From Candidatus Hydrogenedentota bacterium (GTDB taxonomy: Bacteria > Hydrogenedentota > Hydrogenedentia > Hydrogenedentales > CAILVY01): DNA of 64,000 bases. Positions 40,742 to 50,110 of the stretch are shown in pieces. The translations under genes and the position numbers were made by a program. The stretch covers positions 640 through 64,639 of the forward strand of contig CAILVY010000285.1 of the NCBI GenBank assembly GCA_903837785.1, in the 5' to 3' direction. The notes under the pieces were generated by a model, which saw only the letters and a list, made by a program, of their open reading frames with translations, made no database searches and was not told the DNA's origin. The stretch's first letter is position 1; the number at the start of each line of letters is the position of its first letter.

Positions 40742-41769
40742 GAAAGGCGCTTGGGCTCATAGGATTGCTGATTGTCCTGAGCGTGCTGACCTACGCGTGG
40801 GAGATGTCCCAGACGGGCTCCAGCCGCTTCCTGTCGCTGGCCAACCTGAAAAACCTCCTGCCGTGGATCGGCCTGTACGGGATTCTGGCCTTGGGGCAGG
40901 CCCTGGTCATTATCACGGGCGGGATTGACCTCTCGGTGGGCAGCGTGGTGGGCATGGTGGGCATTCTCACGGCGGTCTTCCTCGACAATCACCCCGCGGT
41001 GCCCGCAGTGGTGGCGGGCATGCTCTTTCTCCTGCTGACGGCGGGCATCGGCGCAGGCCACGGCCTGCTCATTACGAAGGCCAATATGCAGCCCTTCGTC
41101 GTAACGCTGTGCGGGCTCTTCTTTTACAGGGGGGTCGCCCGGTACATCGCGGAGGACAAGTCGCAGACGTTTGGCGACGCCTTCGGGCGCCTGCACTGGT
41201 TTGGCGACGGGAACGTGCTGGATTTGATCCCCGGGTGGCAGCCCGCGCCGGGACAGCCCCTCAGCACGGGCATGGGAATCGCCAGCGCGCTGGCCGCGCC
41301 GTTTCTCGTGATGCTGGCGGTCGCGGTGGTGGTGGGGGCGTTCCTGCATTTCTCGCCCTGGGGCCGGCACTTGTTCGCCCTGGGCGCGAACGAGGAGGCG
41401 GCCCGCTTCAGCGGGGTGCGGACCGTGCGCCTCAAGATCCTGGCCTATGCGCTGTGCAGTTTGCTGGCAGGGTTGGCGGGGTTTCTGTTCGCCCTGAAGA
41501 TTCGATCGCTGGGCCCCTCGAATTTCGGCGAGTTTTACGAGCTGTACGCGATTGCGGGCGCCGTCCTGGGTGGATGCAGCCTGCGCGGGGGCATGGGCAA
41601 TGTGCTGGGGGTGGTGCTGGGGGTGGCCTTGATCATGGTGCTGCGCAATCTGGTGAACCTGCTGCAGATTTCGAGTCAGCTTGAATATGTGGTCATTGGC
41701 GGCACGATCCTGACGGGGGTGTTTCTGGACGAATTGTTCACGCGGCGCCAGGCGGCCCGGACGGCCTGA
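40738..41769 (+). CDS. Sugar ABC transporter permease (RbsC-like)
   Basis: GGIDLSVGS, PFVVTL, GANEEAARFSGV, YELYAIAGAVLGG. Confidence 0.92.
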   Translation: MRKALGLIGLLIVLSVLTYAWEMSQTGSSRFLSLANLKNLLPWIGLYGILALGQALVIITGGIDLSVGSVVGMVGILTAVFLDNHPAVPAVVAGMLFLLLTAGIGAGHGLLITKANMQPFVVTLCGLFFYRGVARYIAEDKSQTFGDAFGRLHWFGDGNVLDLIPGWQPAPGQPLSTGMGIASALAAPFLVMLAVAVVVGAFLHFSPWGRHLFALGANEEAARFSGVRTVRLKILAYALCSLLAGLAGFLFALKIRSLGPSNFGEFYELYAIAGAVLGGCSLRGGMGNVLGVVLGVALIMVLRNLVNLLQISSQLEYVVIGGTILTGVFLDELFTRRQAARTA

Positions 41770-41801
41770 CGCCGGGTGGTCTGCACGGGAGGCAAGTCTC
41801 G

Positions 41802-44054
41802 ATGCGGTATGAGTACTCGGGTTTCCTGAAGAACATTCTGGGCGAGCCGGACCCGGGCCTCGGCGACACGCTCGAGCAGGTCCAGTTCACGGCCGACGAC
41901 CTGATGCAGTGGAGCACGCAGGACGAGGAGACGGAGAAGGAGTGGCTGCACACGCCGGTCTGGGTGGAGCGCACGCCGGAGGGGATGCTGCTGCAGGGCC
42001 AGTTCGAGGACGTGCGGCGCATCGACAACATCGACAAGAACGACCCGAGCTTCTGGGTGCCGTTGAGTTCGATGCAGTGGCAGGACGAGCGCTTCCCGGT
42101 GGACGTCCTGAAGTACCCGATTCTCGAGGTGACTTACCGCTGCCGGACGCCGATGGCTCGGCCGGCCTGGCTCTGGCACTACCCCGGCGGGTCGCATTTT
42201 GACGGGCTGCAGCCCACGCGCGAGTGGCGGACAGTCGCCCGGCGGATTCCCCACTTCGGTTTTCCCAAGATGGTGAACCGGCTGACGTTTCGCTTGTATT
42301 CCGTGTCCCGAAGCCGGGAGGCGGTCGAGATTCAGTCGGTGCGCTTTCGGGCGGCGAGCCCGGCGGAGCAGGAGGCGTGCGACGCGCAGTATGCCGCGCT
42401 GTCGAGCGAAGCGCCTCCCCCCTACTATCCCATTCTGGACAGTTTCATGCCTGCGGGCGTGCACATGAAAGCCGGCTCGGCGAAGCGTCTGGCGGAGATC
42501 ATGGACATCTCGTTCCATGATTACTGGCGGCTGGTGCTCGAGGACATTTCGCGCCATTATCACAACTGCGTGGTGCTCGAGGAGATGAGCCTGCTCTCCA
42601 ATGCGGAGTGGCGGGACCTGCTGTCGCTGGCCGAGTCTTTCGGCATCCGCTTTGTCGCCATGCACGATTGGCCGCTGGACGAATTTGATCAGAAGGGCCA
42701 GGAGTGGGTCGACGCGTATGTCCGGCCGTATGCCGATTCACAGGCGATCCTGGCGTGGGTGGTGAAGGATGAGCCGCCGGAGCACATGTACTCCGCGCTC
42801 TTGAAGTCACGGAAGGCGGTGGAAGCCGCGGATCCGAATCATCCGGTGGCGGTGATGCTTCGGGAACCCAACAGCTATCCGCTGCTGGCGCCGTATTTCG
42901 CGGCCTCGGGCATGGCGCATTTCCGTTCGCATTCGGCGAGCAGCCTCGGGGCGCTGATCCGCTATCACCGCCATCTCAGCCGCGGGCAGCAGTTCTGGGT
43001 GCAGGCGCCGGCGTTCATATATGCGACGGACACGCCGGAATGGAACACGTGTCCGGAGATGCGGCTCATGCTGAACCAGGCCTACGCCAGCGGGGCGCGG
43101 GGCTGGTTCACCTTCGCCTATCACAACGACCCGATTTGGAGCGGCGGCGACTGCCAGCGATCGTTGACGGGGCCGTTCCTGACTTTCAGCGACCTCTGGT
43201 CCGAGCTTGGCGCGCGAATGGGGCGCTTCTCCGCGATCGCGCCGCTCTTGTTGAGTGCGACGCCGAACCACACGCCGGATATCGGCGTGCGCATCACCTG
43301 GCGCGAGCACCCGAAGGCCCAGCATGCGCGGGACGTGGACTCGATAGACTGGCACTGGATGCACGGGCCGGATTTCTCCCTGCTGTACGTGGTGAGCAAT
43401 GACTTCTCGGAAGTGACGCCAGTGAACGTCGAGTTTGCCGAACCGCTGCCGAAGGGCGTTGCCCTCTATGACATCACGGATTTCACGCGGAGCCGCGTGT
43501 GGGCGCCCATGGAGGCCAAGCGGCATTTCGAGATGTTCCCCGGGCAGGGGGAGATCATCATGGTTGCGCCGATCGAGGTGTGCGAGCGGTGGCGCGACAT
43601 CATCGGCTGGCGCATGCTCGACGGCGATCGGCAGCAGTTGAACATCGACCTCCTGCTGGCGCGCCCGTACAACGTCAAGATCGGCGACATCGAACGGCGG
43701 ATGATGCAGGTGGGCTCGAGCACGCCCCTGGATGATCTGACGGAGATGCTCGAAGCCCGGGACCGGCTGCTGAACATCATCTATTCGGCGCCCGAACTGA
43801 CCGAGCCGCGCAGCCGCATTATCCAGGTGAGTGCGGCCATCTGCGGTTGCGACGGCACCCTGTGCCGCCTGTTGGGCATGGGCAAAGCGGACCTGGCGCA
43901 TGAAATGGGGTTGAAAGTGCTGCCGCTCGCGCGGGAACTGACGAACCTCCGGCTCCTCCTGCGATCGGGCAAGGGGGCCGAGATTAACAAGGAGTGCGCC
44001 GATCTGGCGGAACGTTCGATCAAGTTGTTGTCGGAGATTCGCCTGCTGGCGTGA
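41802..44054 (+). CDS. Hypothetical cytoplasmic protein with a central GH-like TIM barrel
   Basis: 750 aa, no signal peptide, AWVVKDEP, DPNHP, GARGWFTFAY; helical C-terminus. Confidence 0.6.
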   Translation: MRYEYSGFLKNILGEPDPGLGDTLEQVQFTADDLMQWSTQDEETEKEWLHTPVWVERTPEGMLLQGQFEDVRRIDNIDKNDPSFWVPLSSMQWQDERFPVDVLKYPILEVTYRCRTPMARPAWLWHYPGGSHFDGLQPTREWRTVARRIPHFGFPKMVNRLTFRLYSVSRSREAVEIQSVRFRAASPAEQEACDAQYAALSSEAPPPYYPILDSFMPAGVHMKAGSAKRLAEIMDISFHDYWRLVLEDISRHYHNCVVLEEMSLLSNAEWRDLLSLAESFGIRFVAMHDWPLDEFDQKGQEWVDAYVRPYADSQAILAWVVKDEPPEHMYSALLKSRKAVEAADPNHPVAVMLREPNSYPLLAPYFAASGMAHFRSHSASSLGALIRYHRHLSRGQQFWVQAPAFIYATDTPEWNTCPEMRLMLNQAYASGARGWFTFAYHNDPIWSGGDCQRSLTGPFLTFSDLWSELGARMGRFSAIAPLLLSATPNHTPDIGVRITWREHPKAQHARDVDSIDWHWMHGPDFSLLYVVSNDFSEVTPVNVEFAEPLPKGVALYDITDFTRSRVWAPMEAKRHFEMFPGQGEIIMVAPIEVCERWRDIIGWRMLDGDRQQLNIDLLLARPYNVKIGDIERRMMQVGSSTPLDDLTEMLEARDRLLNIIYSAPELTEPRSRIIQVSAAICGCDGTLCRLLGMGKADLAHEMGLKVLPLARELTNLRLLLRSGKGAEINKECADLAERSIKLLSEIRLLA

Positions 44055-44100
44055 GCCGCCCCGCAAGGCATGAACGCAACCCGAACCCTGAAGAGACACT

Positions 44101-44934
44101 ATGGACACGTGGAAGTTCGAAGGCACGGACAAGTACTACCTGGACCCGGAACTGAAGTCGATCGTCAACATCGCGCTGGCCATGGAGAAGCCGCTGCTGC
44201 TTACGGGCGAAGCGGGCACGGGCAAGACGCAGTTGGCGCTGGAAGTGGCGCGGGCGCTCGGCATGCCTGTCGAGATTATGCGCTGCAAGTCGACGATCAA
44301 GGGCGAAGAGGCCTGTTACACGCAGGATACGGTCCTGCGCCTCAATGACGCGCGCTTCGGCCCGGCGGATACCGGGCGCCGCGTGGACGACTTCTTTGAC
44401 TACATCATCTGGGGGCCGATCGGGCGGGCGTTCCGGGCCGAGCAGAAGGTGGTCCTGCTGCTGGACGAAATCGACAAGACGGAGTCCGACGTTCAGGACA
44501 ACCTGCTCGACATACTCGAAGAGTGCCAGTTCACGATCCGCGAGGTGAATCAGACGATACAGGCCAGGGTCCGCCCGGCGATCTTCATCACGTCGAACGC
44601 GAAGCGCGAATTATCCGACCCGTTTCTTCGGCGCTGCTATTGCCATCACATCGCGTTCCCGTCGCCGGACGACATGCGCCGGATAGTCGACCTGCACTAT
44701 CCGAACACGAGCCCGAGGCTCCTCGAGGCCGCCATCATGATCTTCTACGAACTGCGCGAACGGGGTTTCGAGAAGCCGCCCGCCACGAGCGAACTGCTCA
44801 ACTGGATCGGCGCGCTCGAACGCACCGGACAGACGCCCGATCCCAAGATGCCGCCGCTTACGGGCATTCTGCTGAAGCGCGCCGGCGACATCCTGCGCTT
44901 CCGCAGCGGGCCCGGGCGCCGGAAGCCGTTCTGA
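44101..44934 (+). CDS. MoxR-family AAA+ ATPase (CoxD-like)
   Basis: PLLLTGEAGTGKT, LLLDEIDK, ITSNAKRELSDPFLRRC, KPPATSELLNW. Confidence 0.9.
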   Translation: MDTWKFEGTDKYYLDPELKSIVNIALAMEKPLLLTGEAGTGKTQLALEVARALGMPVEIMRCKSTIKGEEACYTQDTVLRLNDARFGPADTGRRVDDFFDYIIWGPIGRAFRAEQKVVLLLDEIDKTESDVQDNLLDILEECQFTIREVNQTIQARVRPAIFITSNAKRELSDPFLRRCYCHHIAFPSPDDMRRIVDLHYPNTSPRLLEAAIMIFYELRERGFEKPPATSELLNWIGALERTGQTPDPKMPPLTGILLKRAGDILRFRSGPGRRKPF

Positions 44935-45110
44935 ACCGGGGTATCCGGCGCTTGCCGCCCCGTTCCGCCAGCGGTGCGGCCGCCATGTTGCGCCCCGGGA
45001 GGCCCCGGGAGTAGATTCCGGGACACGGCATTTTCGTGAAACCGGCGCGGAAGCTTCACGGGTCGTACTCCATGCTTTGCACGAGGCCGCAGAACGATGA
45101 GGAGTTGCCG

Positions 45111-47762
45111 ATGAATCGCTGTGTCTCTCTCCGCAGGATCTTCCTTGCCGCGTTGTTCAGCGCCGGAGCGGTGCACGCCTGGGCGCAACCCGACACGATA
45201 GCGCTCCAGGACGGCTGGGCGCTGCAATCCTCGGCGAAGGAAGCGGCCGGCGGAGACGCCCTGTCCGCCGTGGGTTTCGCGACGAGCGGCTGGTACCCGA
45301 CCTCGGTTCCGAAGACGGCGCTGGCCGCGCTGGTGGACAACGGCGTATACCCCGACCCGTATTACGGCATGAATCTGAAATCGATTCCCGGATATCAGGA
45401 CGGCGGCTGGCTCGTCATGAAGCAGGACAGCCCGTTCCGCGACCCGTGGTGGTACCGCATCGAGTTCAATGTGCCGCGCGAGTTCCAGGGGCGCTGCGTC
45501 ACGCTGCACTTCGACGGCATCAGCTATCAGGCGAACGTCTGGCTCAACGGGACGCGCATTGCGGATGCGGAAAGCATGAAGGGGATGTTCCGCCGCTTCG
45601 AGTTTGACGTGAGCGCGCACGTGAAATACGGCGAGAAGAACGCGCTGGCCGTGCAGATCATCCCCTCGGGCCTGATCCCGGACAAGGACTACGACACGAA
45701 ACAAATCGAGGCGACGACCGGCTGGGATGACCACAATCCGCAGCCCCCGGACCGCAACATGGGCCTGTGGCAGGACGTTTACCTGCGGATCCAGGGACCG
45801 GTCACGCTGCGTCATGGCTATGTCGAGTCGGATTTGGCCGTGCCCGCCCTCGACAGCGCAACACTCACCGTCTCCGCATTTCTGACGAACCACTCGGACA
45901 AGCCGGTGACCGCGGTGCTGACCGCCAAAATCGAGAACATCGACATGGCGCAGGAAGTGCCGTTGAAGCCGGGCGAAACGCGCGAGGCGATCTTCAAGCC
46001 CGAGTTCTATCCTCAATTGACAATTCAGAAGCCGCGCGTGTGGTGGCCGCATCCGGTGGGACCGCAGGAACTCTACAACGCCGAGTTGCGCGTCCTGGTG
46101 GACAGCCGTCCTTCGGACGCGCAGCCGGTGCGCTTCGGCATCCGAAAGATCGAGACTTACATCAATGAAGAGGACTGGCGGGGGTACCGGGTGAACGGCC
46201 GGAACATCCTGATCCGCGGCGGGGCGTGGATGACGAGCGACATGCTGCTGCGCCTGTCCGAGCCGCGTTACGCGGCGCTCGTGCGCTACGCGCGCGAAGG
46301 CAACCTCAACATGCTCCGTTCGGAGGGGTTCTCCATCCGCGAAACAGAGGCGTTCTACAACCTCTGCGATGAACTGGGCGTGATGGTTACGCAACAGATC
46401 TTCGGGCGGAGCATCCCGGACGAGGCGCTGGCGATCGCCTGCATCGACGACATGATGCTGCGCGTGCGGACGCATCCGAGCCTTGCGCATTTCCTCGGCC
46501 ACGACGAGACCCATCCGACGGAGACGCTCGACAAGGCCTATCGCGATCTCATCGCGCGCTACCGCGTGGACCGCACGTATCAGCCGCATTCCGGAACCTT
46601 TGTGACATCGCAGCGCAAGGACACCGGCGGCACGCGCACGGGCACGCGCGAACTGTGGACCTACGCCAGTCCGTCGCATTACTACTTCCGCAAACACGAC
46701 GGGGCATGGGGCTTCGCGCAGTCGGGCGGCATCGGCGGCATCACGGCGGTCCGCGACAGCCTGCGGCAGATGATGCCCGAGGATCAGCTCTGGCCCGCGA
46801 TGAAATCGGAAGCGTGGTCGTTCCATACAGTGACCCAGGGCGCGGACTATTTCGACGCCATCGGAGTGGCGATGGAGCGCGGCTACGGCGCGCCGTCGAA
46901 CCTGGACGATTTCTGCAACAAGGCCTATGCGATGAACTACAACAGCGCCCGGGGCATGTTCGAAGCTTACGGCCGGAACAAGTACTCCGCCACGGGGATC
47001 ACGACATGGAAATACGATGCGGCCTGGCCCGCCGCAACCACGTGGCAATACGTGGACTGGTACCTGCGCCCGACCGGCGCCTATTACGGCGCGAAGAAGG
47101 CCTGCGAGCCCCTGCACATCCAGTACGCGTACGACGACGAAAGCGTGTACGTGATCAACGGATTCTACGAGGCGTTCAACGGCCTCGAAGCGAGCGCAAC
47201 CATCTACAATTTCGACTTGAGCGTGAAGTACACGAACAAGGCGCCGGTGAGCGTCGAAGCCGACGGCAAGACGATGGCGTTCAAGATGGCCTGGCCGGAA
47301 GGGTTGAGCAAGACTTTCTTCCTGCGGCTCGAACTGCGCGACGGCACGGGCGCACTCCGCTCGGAGAACTTCTACTGGCTCTCGACTTCGCCGGATGTCC
47401 CAGGCATCGCGGGGCATACGCTCAAGGGCGGGTTCTACACGAAACCCAAGTCCACGGCGGATTTCACGCTCCTGAACACGCTGCCGCCGGTGAAACTCGA
47501 GACCCAGAGCGCGCATGAAACACGGGGCGACGACGAGTTCGTCACAGCGACTGTGAAGAACCCCGGGACATCGCTCGCGTTCCTGGTCCAACTCGCGGTG
47601 ACGCAAGGCGAGGCCGGAACGGAAGCCGGGCCTGCATTCTGGAGCGAGAACTACTTCAGCCTGCTGCCGGGCGAGAGCAGAACCGTAACGGCCTCCGTGC
47701 CCAAGACGGCGCTGGACGGGAAGAAACCGGTGCTTCGGGTATTGGGCTGGAACGTCCGTTAG
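45111..47762 (+). CDS. Secreted GH2 protein, exo-beta-D-glucosaminidase (CsxA)/endo-beta-mannosidase-like
   Basis: Signal peptide, FDGISYQANVWLNG, PPDRNMGLWQDV, WWPHPVGPQELY, YNLCDELGVMV, WSENYFSLLPGE. Confidence 0.85.
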   Translation: MNRCVSLRRIFLAALFSAGAVHAWAQPDTIALQDGWALQSSAKEAAGGDALSAVGFATSGWYPTSVPKTALAALVDNGVYPDPYYGMNLKSIPGYQDGGWLVMKQDSPFRDPWWYRIEFNVPREFQGRCVTLHFDGISYQANVWLNGTRIADAESMKGMFRRFEFDVSAHVKYGEKNALAVQIIPSGLIPDKDYDTKQIEATTGWDDHNPQPPDRNMGLWQDVYLRIQGPVTLRHGYVESDLAVPALDSATLTVSAFLTNHSDKPVTAVLTAKIENIDMAQEVPLKPGETREAIFKPEFYPQLTIQKPRVWWPHPVGPQELYNAELRVLVDSRPSDAQPVRFGIRKIETYINEEDWRGYRVNGRNILIRGGAWMTSDMLLRLSEPRYAALVRYAREGNLNMLRSEGFSIRETEAFYNLCDELGVMVTQQIFGRSIPDEALAIACIDDMMLRVRTHPSLAHFLGHDETHPTETLDKAYRDLIARYRVDRTYQPHSGTFVTSQRKDTGGTRTGTRELWTYASPSHYYFRKHDGAWGFAQSGGIGGITAVRDSLRQMMPEDQLWPAMKSEAWSFHTVTQGADYFDAIGVAMERGYGAPSNLDDFCNKAYAMNYNSARGMFEAYGRNKYSATGITTWKYDAAWPAATTWQYVDWYLRPTGAYYGAKKACEPLHIQYAYDDESVYVINGFYEAFNGLEASATIYNFDLSVKYTNKAPVSVEADGKTMAFKMAWPEGLSKTFFLRLELRDGTGALRSENFYWLSTSPDVPGIAGHTLKGGFYTKPKSTADFTLLNTLPPVKLETQSAHETRGDDEFVTATVKNPGTSLAFLVQLAVTQGEAGTEAGPAFWSENYFSLLPGESRTVTASVPKTALDGKKPVLRVLGWNVR

Positions 47763-47853
47763 GCGCTTCAGCTGATCCTGGGGTTGTGCCGCAGCGGGTG
47801 TCTTCCATTTCTGGCGGGGCACAGTGCAACAAGACGCCATGCGCGAAGGGAGA

Positions 47854-50055
47854 ATGCGTATGCTCAAGGGAATGCTTCTGATTTCTTTCGCGGTGCTCCT
47901 CGCCGTAACCACCGCAACGGCGCAGGAAGCGCCGCCCGCGGATTTCCCGCACTTCCAGTTCGCCGGACATGACGAACAGGCGCAGTTGCTTGGCAACTAT
48001 CTGTGGTACCACTTCCACAAGCGGCTCGGGAACAATCCCGTGCTCTTCAACAAGGAATATCTGCTCATTTCGGACGCATGGCTCGGGGGCGCAACCGACG
48101 AAGCGCGGAAGAAGAGCATTCAGGAAGTGCACCGCGAGGACCTGCTCGCCATTGAGATCGATGCGGAAGGATACGTGAACACGCATCAACACTTCTCGCA
48201 CGCCTATGACCGCGGCTGGCCGTTTCCGCTGTGGCCGCAATCCGGCGCGCCGGGACGCATCACCGCTGGCTGGCATTTCCAGCCCTTGGACAAGGTTCCG
48301 TTCTGGGTAGGCGATCAACTGCGGCACGCCAAGCTCCCGGAATACTGCGGCGAAGAAGCGGCCGGCCGCTGGCAACTCGAAAACGCGAAATCGCTCGGCA
48401 TCCTTGACAATCACTGGCGCGTCGAGGCCACCGGGCCGTCTCCGCGCCTGACGACGCCCGAGGGCTACACGATCGATGCGTTCAACGCGCCGTTCCTGCA
48501 ACTCCGGTGGAAGCGCACCGGCGAGGCGAAGGCGCACACACTGCCGTACGTGGAATGGCTCTGTGAAGGCGACACGGTCTTCGGACCGGACCGGCGCTTC
48601 TATTTCGAGGCCGAAACCACGCCGCTGTCGAGCAACGGGCAGTTTCATTCGATCCTGGCCATGCACCGGCATCCGAAATGGCAGGGGAAGATCACGCGCA
48701 TCCGCATCACGCCTGCGCCGGGCGAATCGGACGTCACGTTCTATATCGATTCGTTCTTCTCCGTCTATGACACGCGGCACACGATCAACAACCCGCTCTT
48801 CGTTTTGGGCAGCCGCTACTACTTCAATTGGACCGGCGACGTCGACTTTCTTCGAAAGAACATCAACCGCATGCGCACGGCCCTGCGCTATCAGCAGACG
48901 GAAATGGGCGGACTGAAATACAACCGCATCCGCAATCCGTGGCCCGGCCACGACGGCCTGCCGGGATACACGAAGGATGCCAAGGGCAAGGTCACGCTGC
49001 ACCCCGGCCACGGCATCGGCAACAACTACTGGGACATCATGCCCTTCGGGGGCGATGACTTCTACGCGACGTATCAGTATTACGCCGCCACGCTCGCGCT
49101 CGCGGACCTGGAGGAGGCGATTCGCAGGAATCCCGGTTGGGGCGCGCCGACCGGCGCCTGGGCGATGGACCCGCAGTGGCTTCGCGATCATGCCGCGGCC
49201 GTGAAAGAAGAGGCCAACCGCTTCTTCTGGAGCGCGGACAGGGGCCGTTTCGTGGCGTGCGTGGACACCGCGGGCAACCAGCACGACTATGGATTCACCT
49301 TTCTGAACCTCGACGCCATCTGGTACGGCATCGCGAGCGATGAACACGCCAGATCGATCATGGACTGGATATCGGGCAAACGGATCGTCGAGGGCGACAC
49401 CTCGACCGGCGCCGACATCTATCACTGGCGTTTCGGGCCGCGCGCCACCACGCGCCGCAACCTCGACTGGTACGGCCAGGGCTGGACCGCCCCGGAGAGC
49501 ATCCCCTGGGGCGGTCAAGTGCAGGACGGCGGCGCGGTGCTCGGCTTCACGTTCTATGATCTCTGGGCGCGCCTGCACGTGCTCGGACCGGAGGACGCCT
49601 GGCAGCGCCTCTCCGAGATTCTTGCATGGGACAAGGAAGTCCAGGCGGGCGGGGGCTATCGCGCGTATTACGCCGACGGCAAACAGGGCACGACGCTTCA
49701 GGGCGGCGGCACCGCGGGCGGCCTTGGCATAGACGCCGAGTTCTACGAGAGCAGCCTGCTGCCCTCGATCGTGACCTATGGCTTCCTCGGGCTCGAGCCG
49801 CGTCCGGAAGCGCTCGCCATCCACCCGAAGCTGCCGGCAAGTTGCCCGTCGATGGCACTGACGAATTTTCAGTATCACGGCGCCCTGATGGATGTGAACG
49901 TCAGCGGGGACGCCATCGAGTTTACGCTCAAGTCCGAACCGACCACCGCACTCAGGCTGGAAGCCCCCGAGGGCTGGGTGCCGGACGCGGGCCAAAGCGC
50001 CGGCGCCGCTTCGGAAATCGTGCAGGCCGGCGCCTATCGTTTTGTGCGAAAATGA
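47854..50055 (+). CDS. Secreted hypothetical protein, probable (alpha/alpha)6 glycoside hydrolase-like
   Basis: Signal peptide, NNYWDIMP, helical core, C-terminal IHPKLP beta domain reminiscent of GH65/GH116 tails. Confidence 0.55.
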   Translation: MRMLKGMLLISFAVLLAVTTATAQEAPPADFPHFQFAGHDEQAQLLGNYLWYHFHKRLGNNPVLFNKEYLLISDAWLGGATDEARKKSIQEVHREDLLAIEIDAEGYVNTHQHFSHAYDRGWPFPLWPQSGAPGRITAGWHFQPLDKVPFWVGDQLRHAKLPEYCGEEAAGRWQLENAKSLGILDNHWRVEATGPSPRLTTPEGYTIDAFNAPFLQLRWKRTGEAKAHTLPYVEWLCEGDTVFGPDRRFYFEAETTPLSSNGQFHSILAMHRHPKWQGKITRIRITPAPGESDVTFYIDSFFSVYDTRHTINNPLFVLGSRYYFNWTGDVDFLRKNINRMRTALRYQQTEMGGLKYNRIRNPWPGHDGLPGYTKDAKGKVTLHPGHGIGNNYWDIMPFGGDDFYATYQYYAATLALADLEEAIRRNPGWGAPTGAWAMDPQWLRDHAAAVKEEANRFFWSADRGRFVACVDTAGNQHDYGFTFLNLDAIWYGIASDEHARSIMDWISGKRIVEGDTSTGADIYHWRFGPRATTRRNLDWYGQGWTAPESIPWGGQVQDGGAVLGFTFYDLWARLHVLGPEDAWQRLSEILAWDKEVQAGGGYRAYYADGKQGTTLQGGGTAGGLGIDAEFYESSLLPSIVTYGFLGLEPRPEALAIHPKLPASCPSMALTNFQYHGALMDVNVSGDAIEFTLKSEPTTALRLEAPEGWVPDAGQSAGAASEIVQAGAYRFVRK

Positions 50056-50110
50056 GTGTTGCGGTGCTGAGACGAACCTCCGCTTCCGGATAGACTGCGG
50101 ATAGGAAACC

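Noticed and set aside
39740-41769. ABC transporter loci lacking an ATPase gene (also 54117-58371)
   Set aside because: Shared or distant ATPases are common for sugar ABC systems
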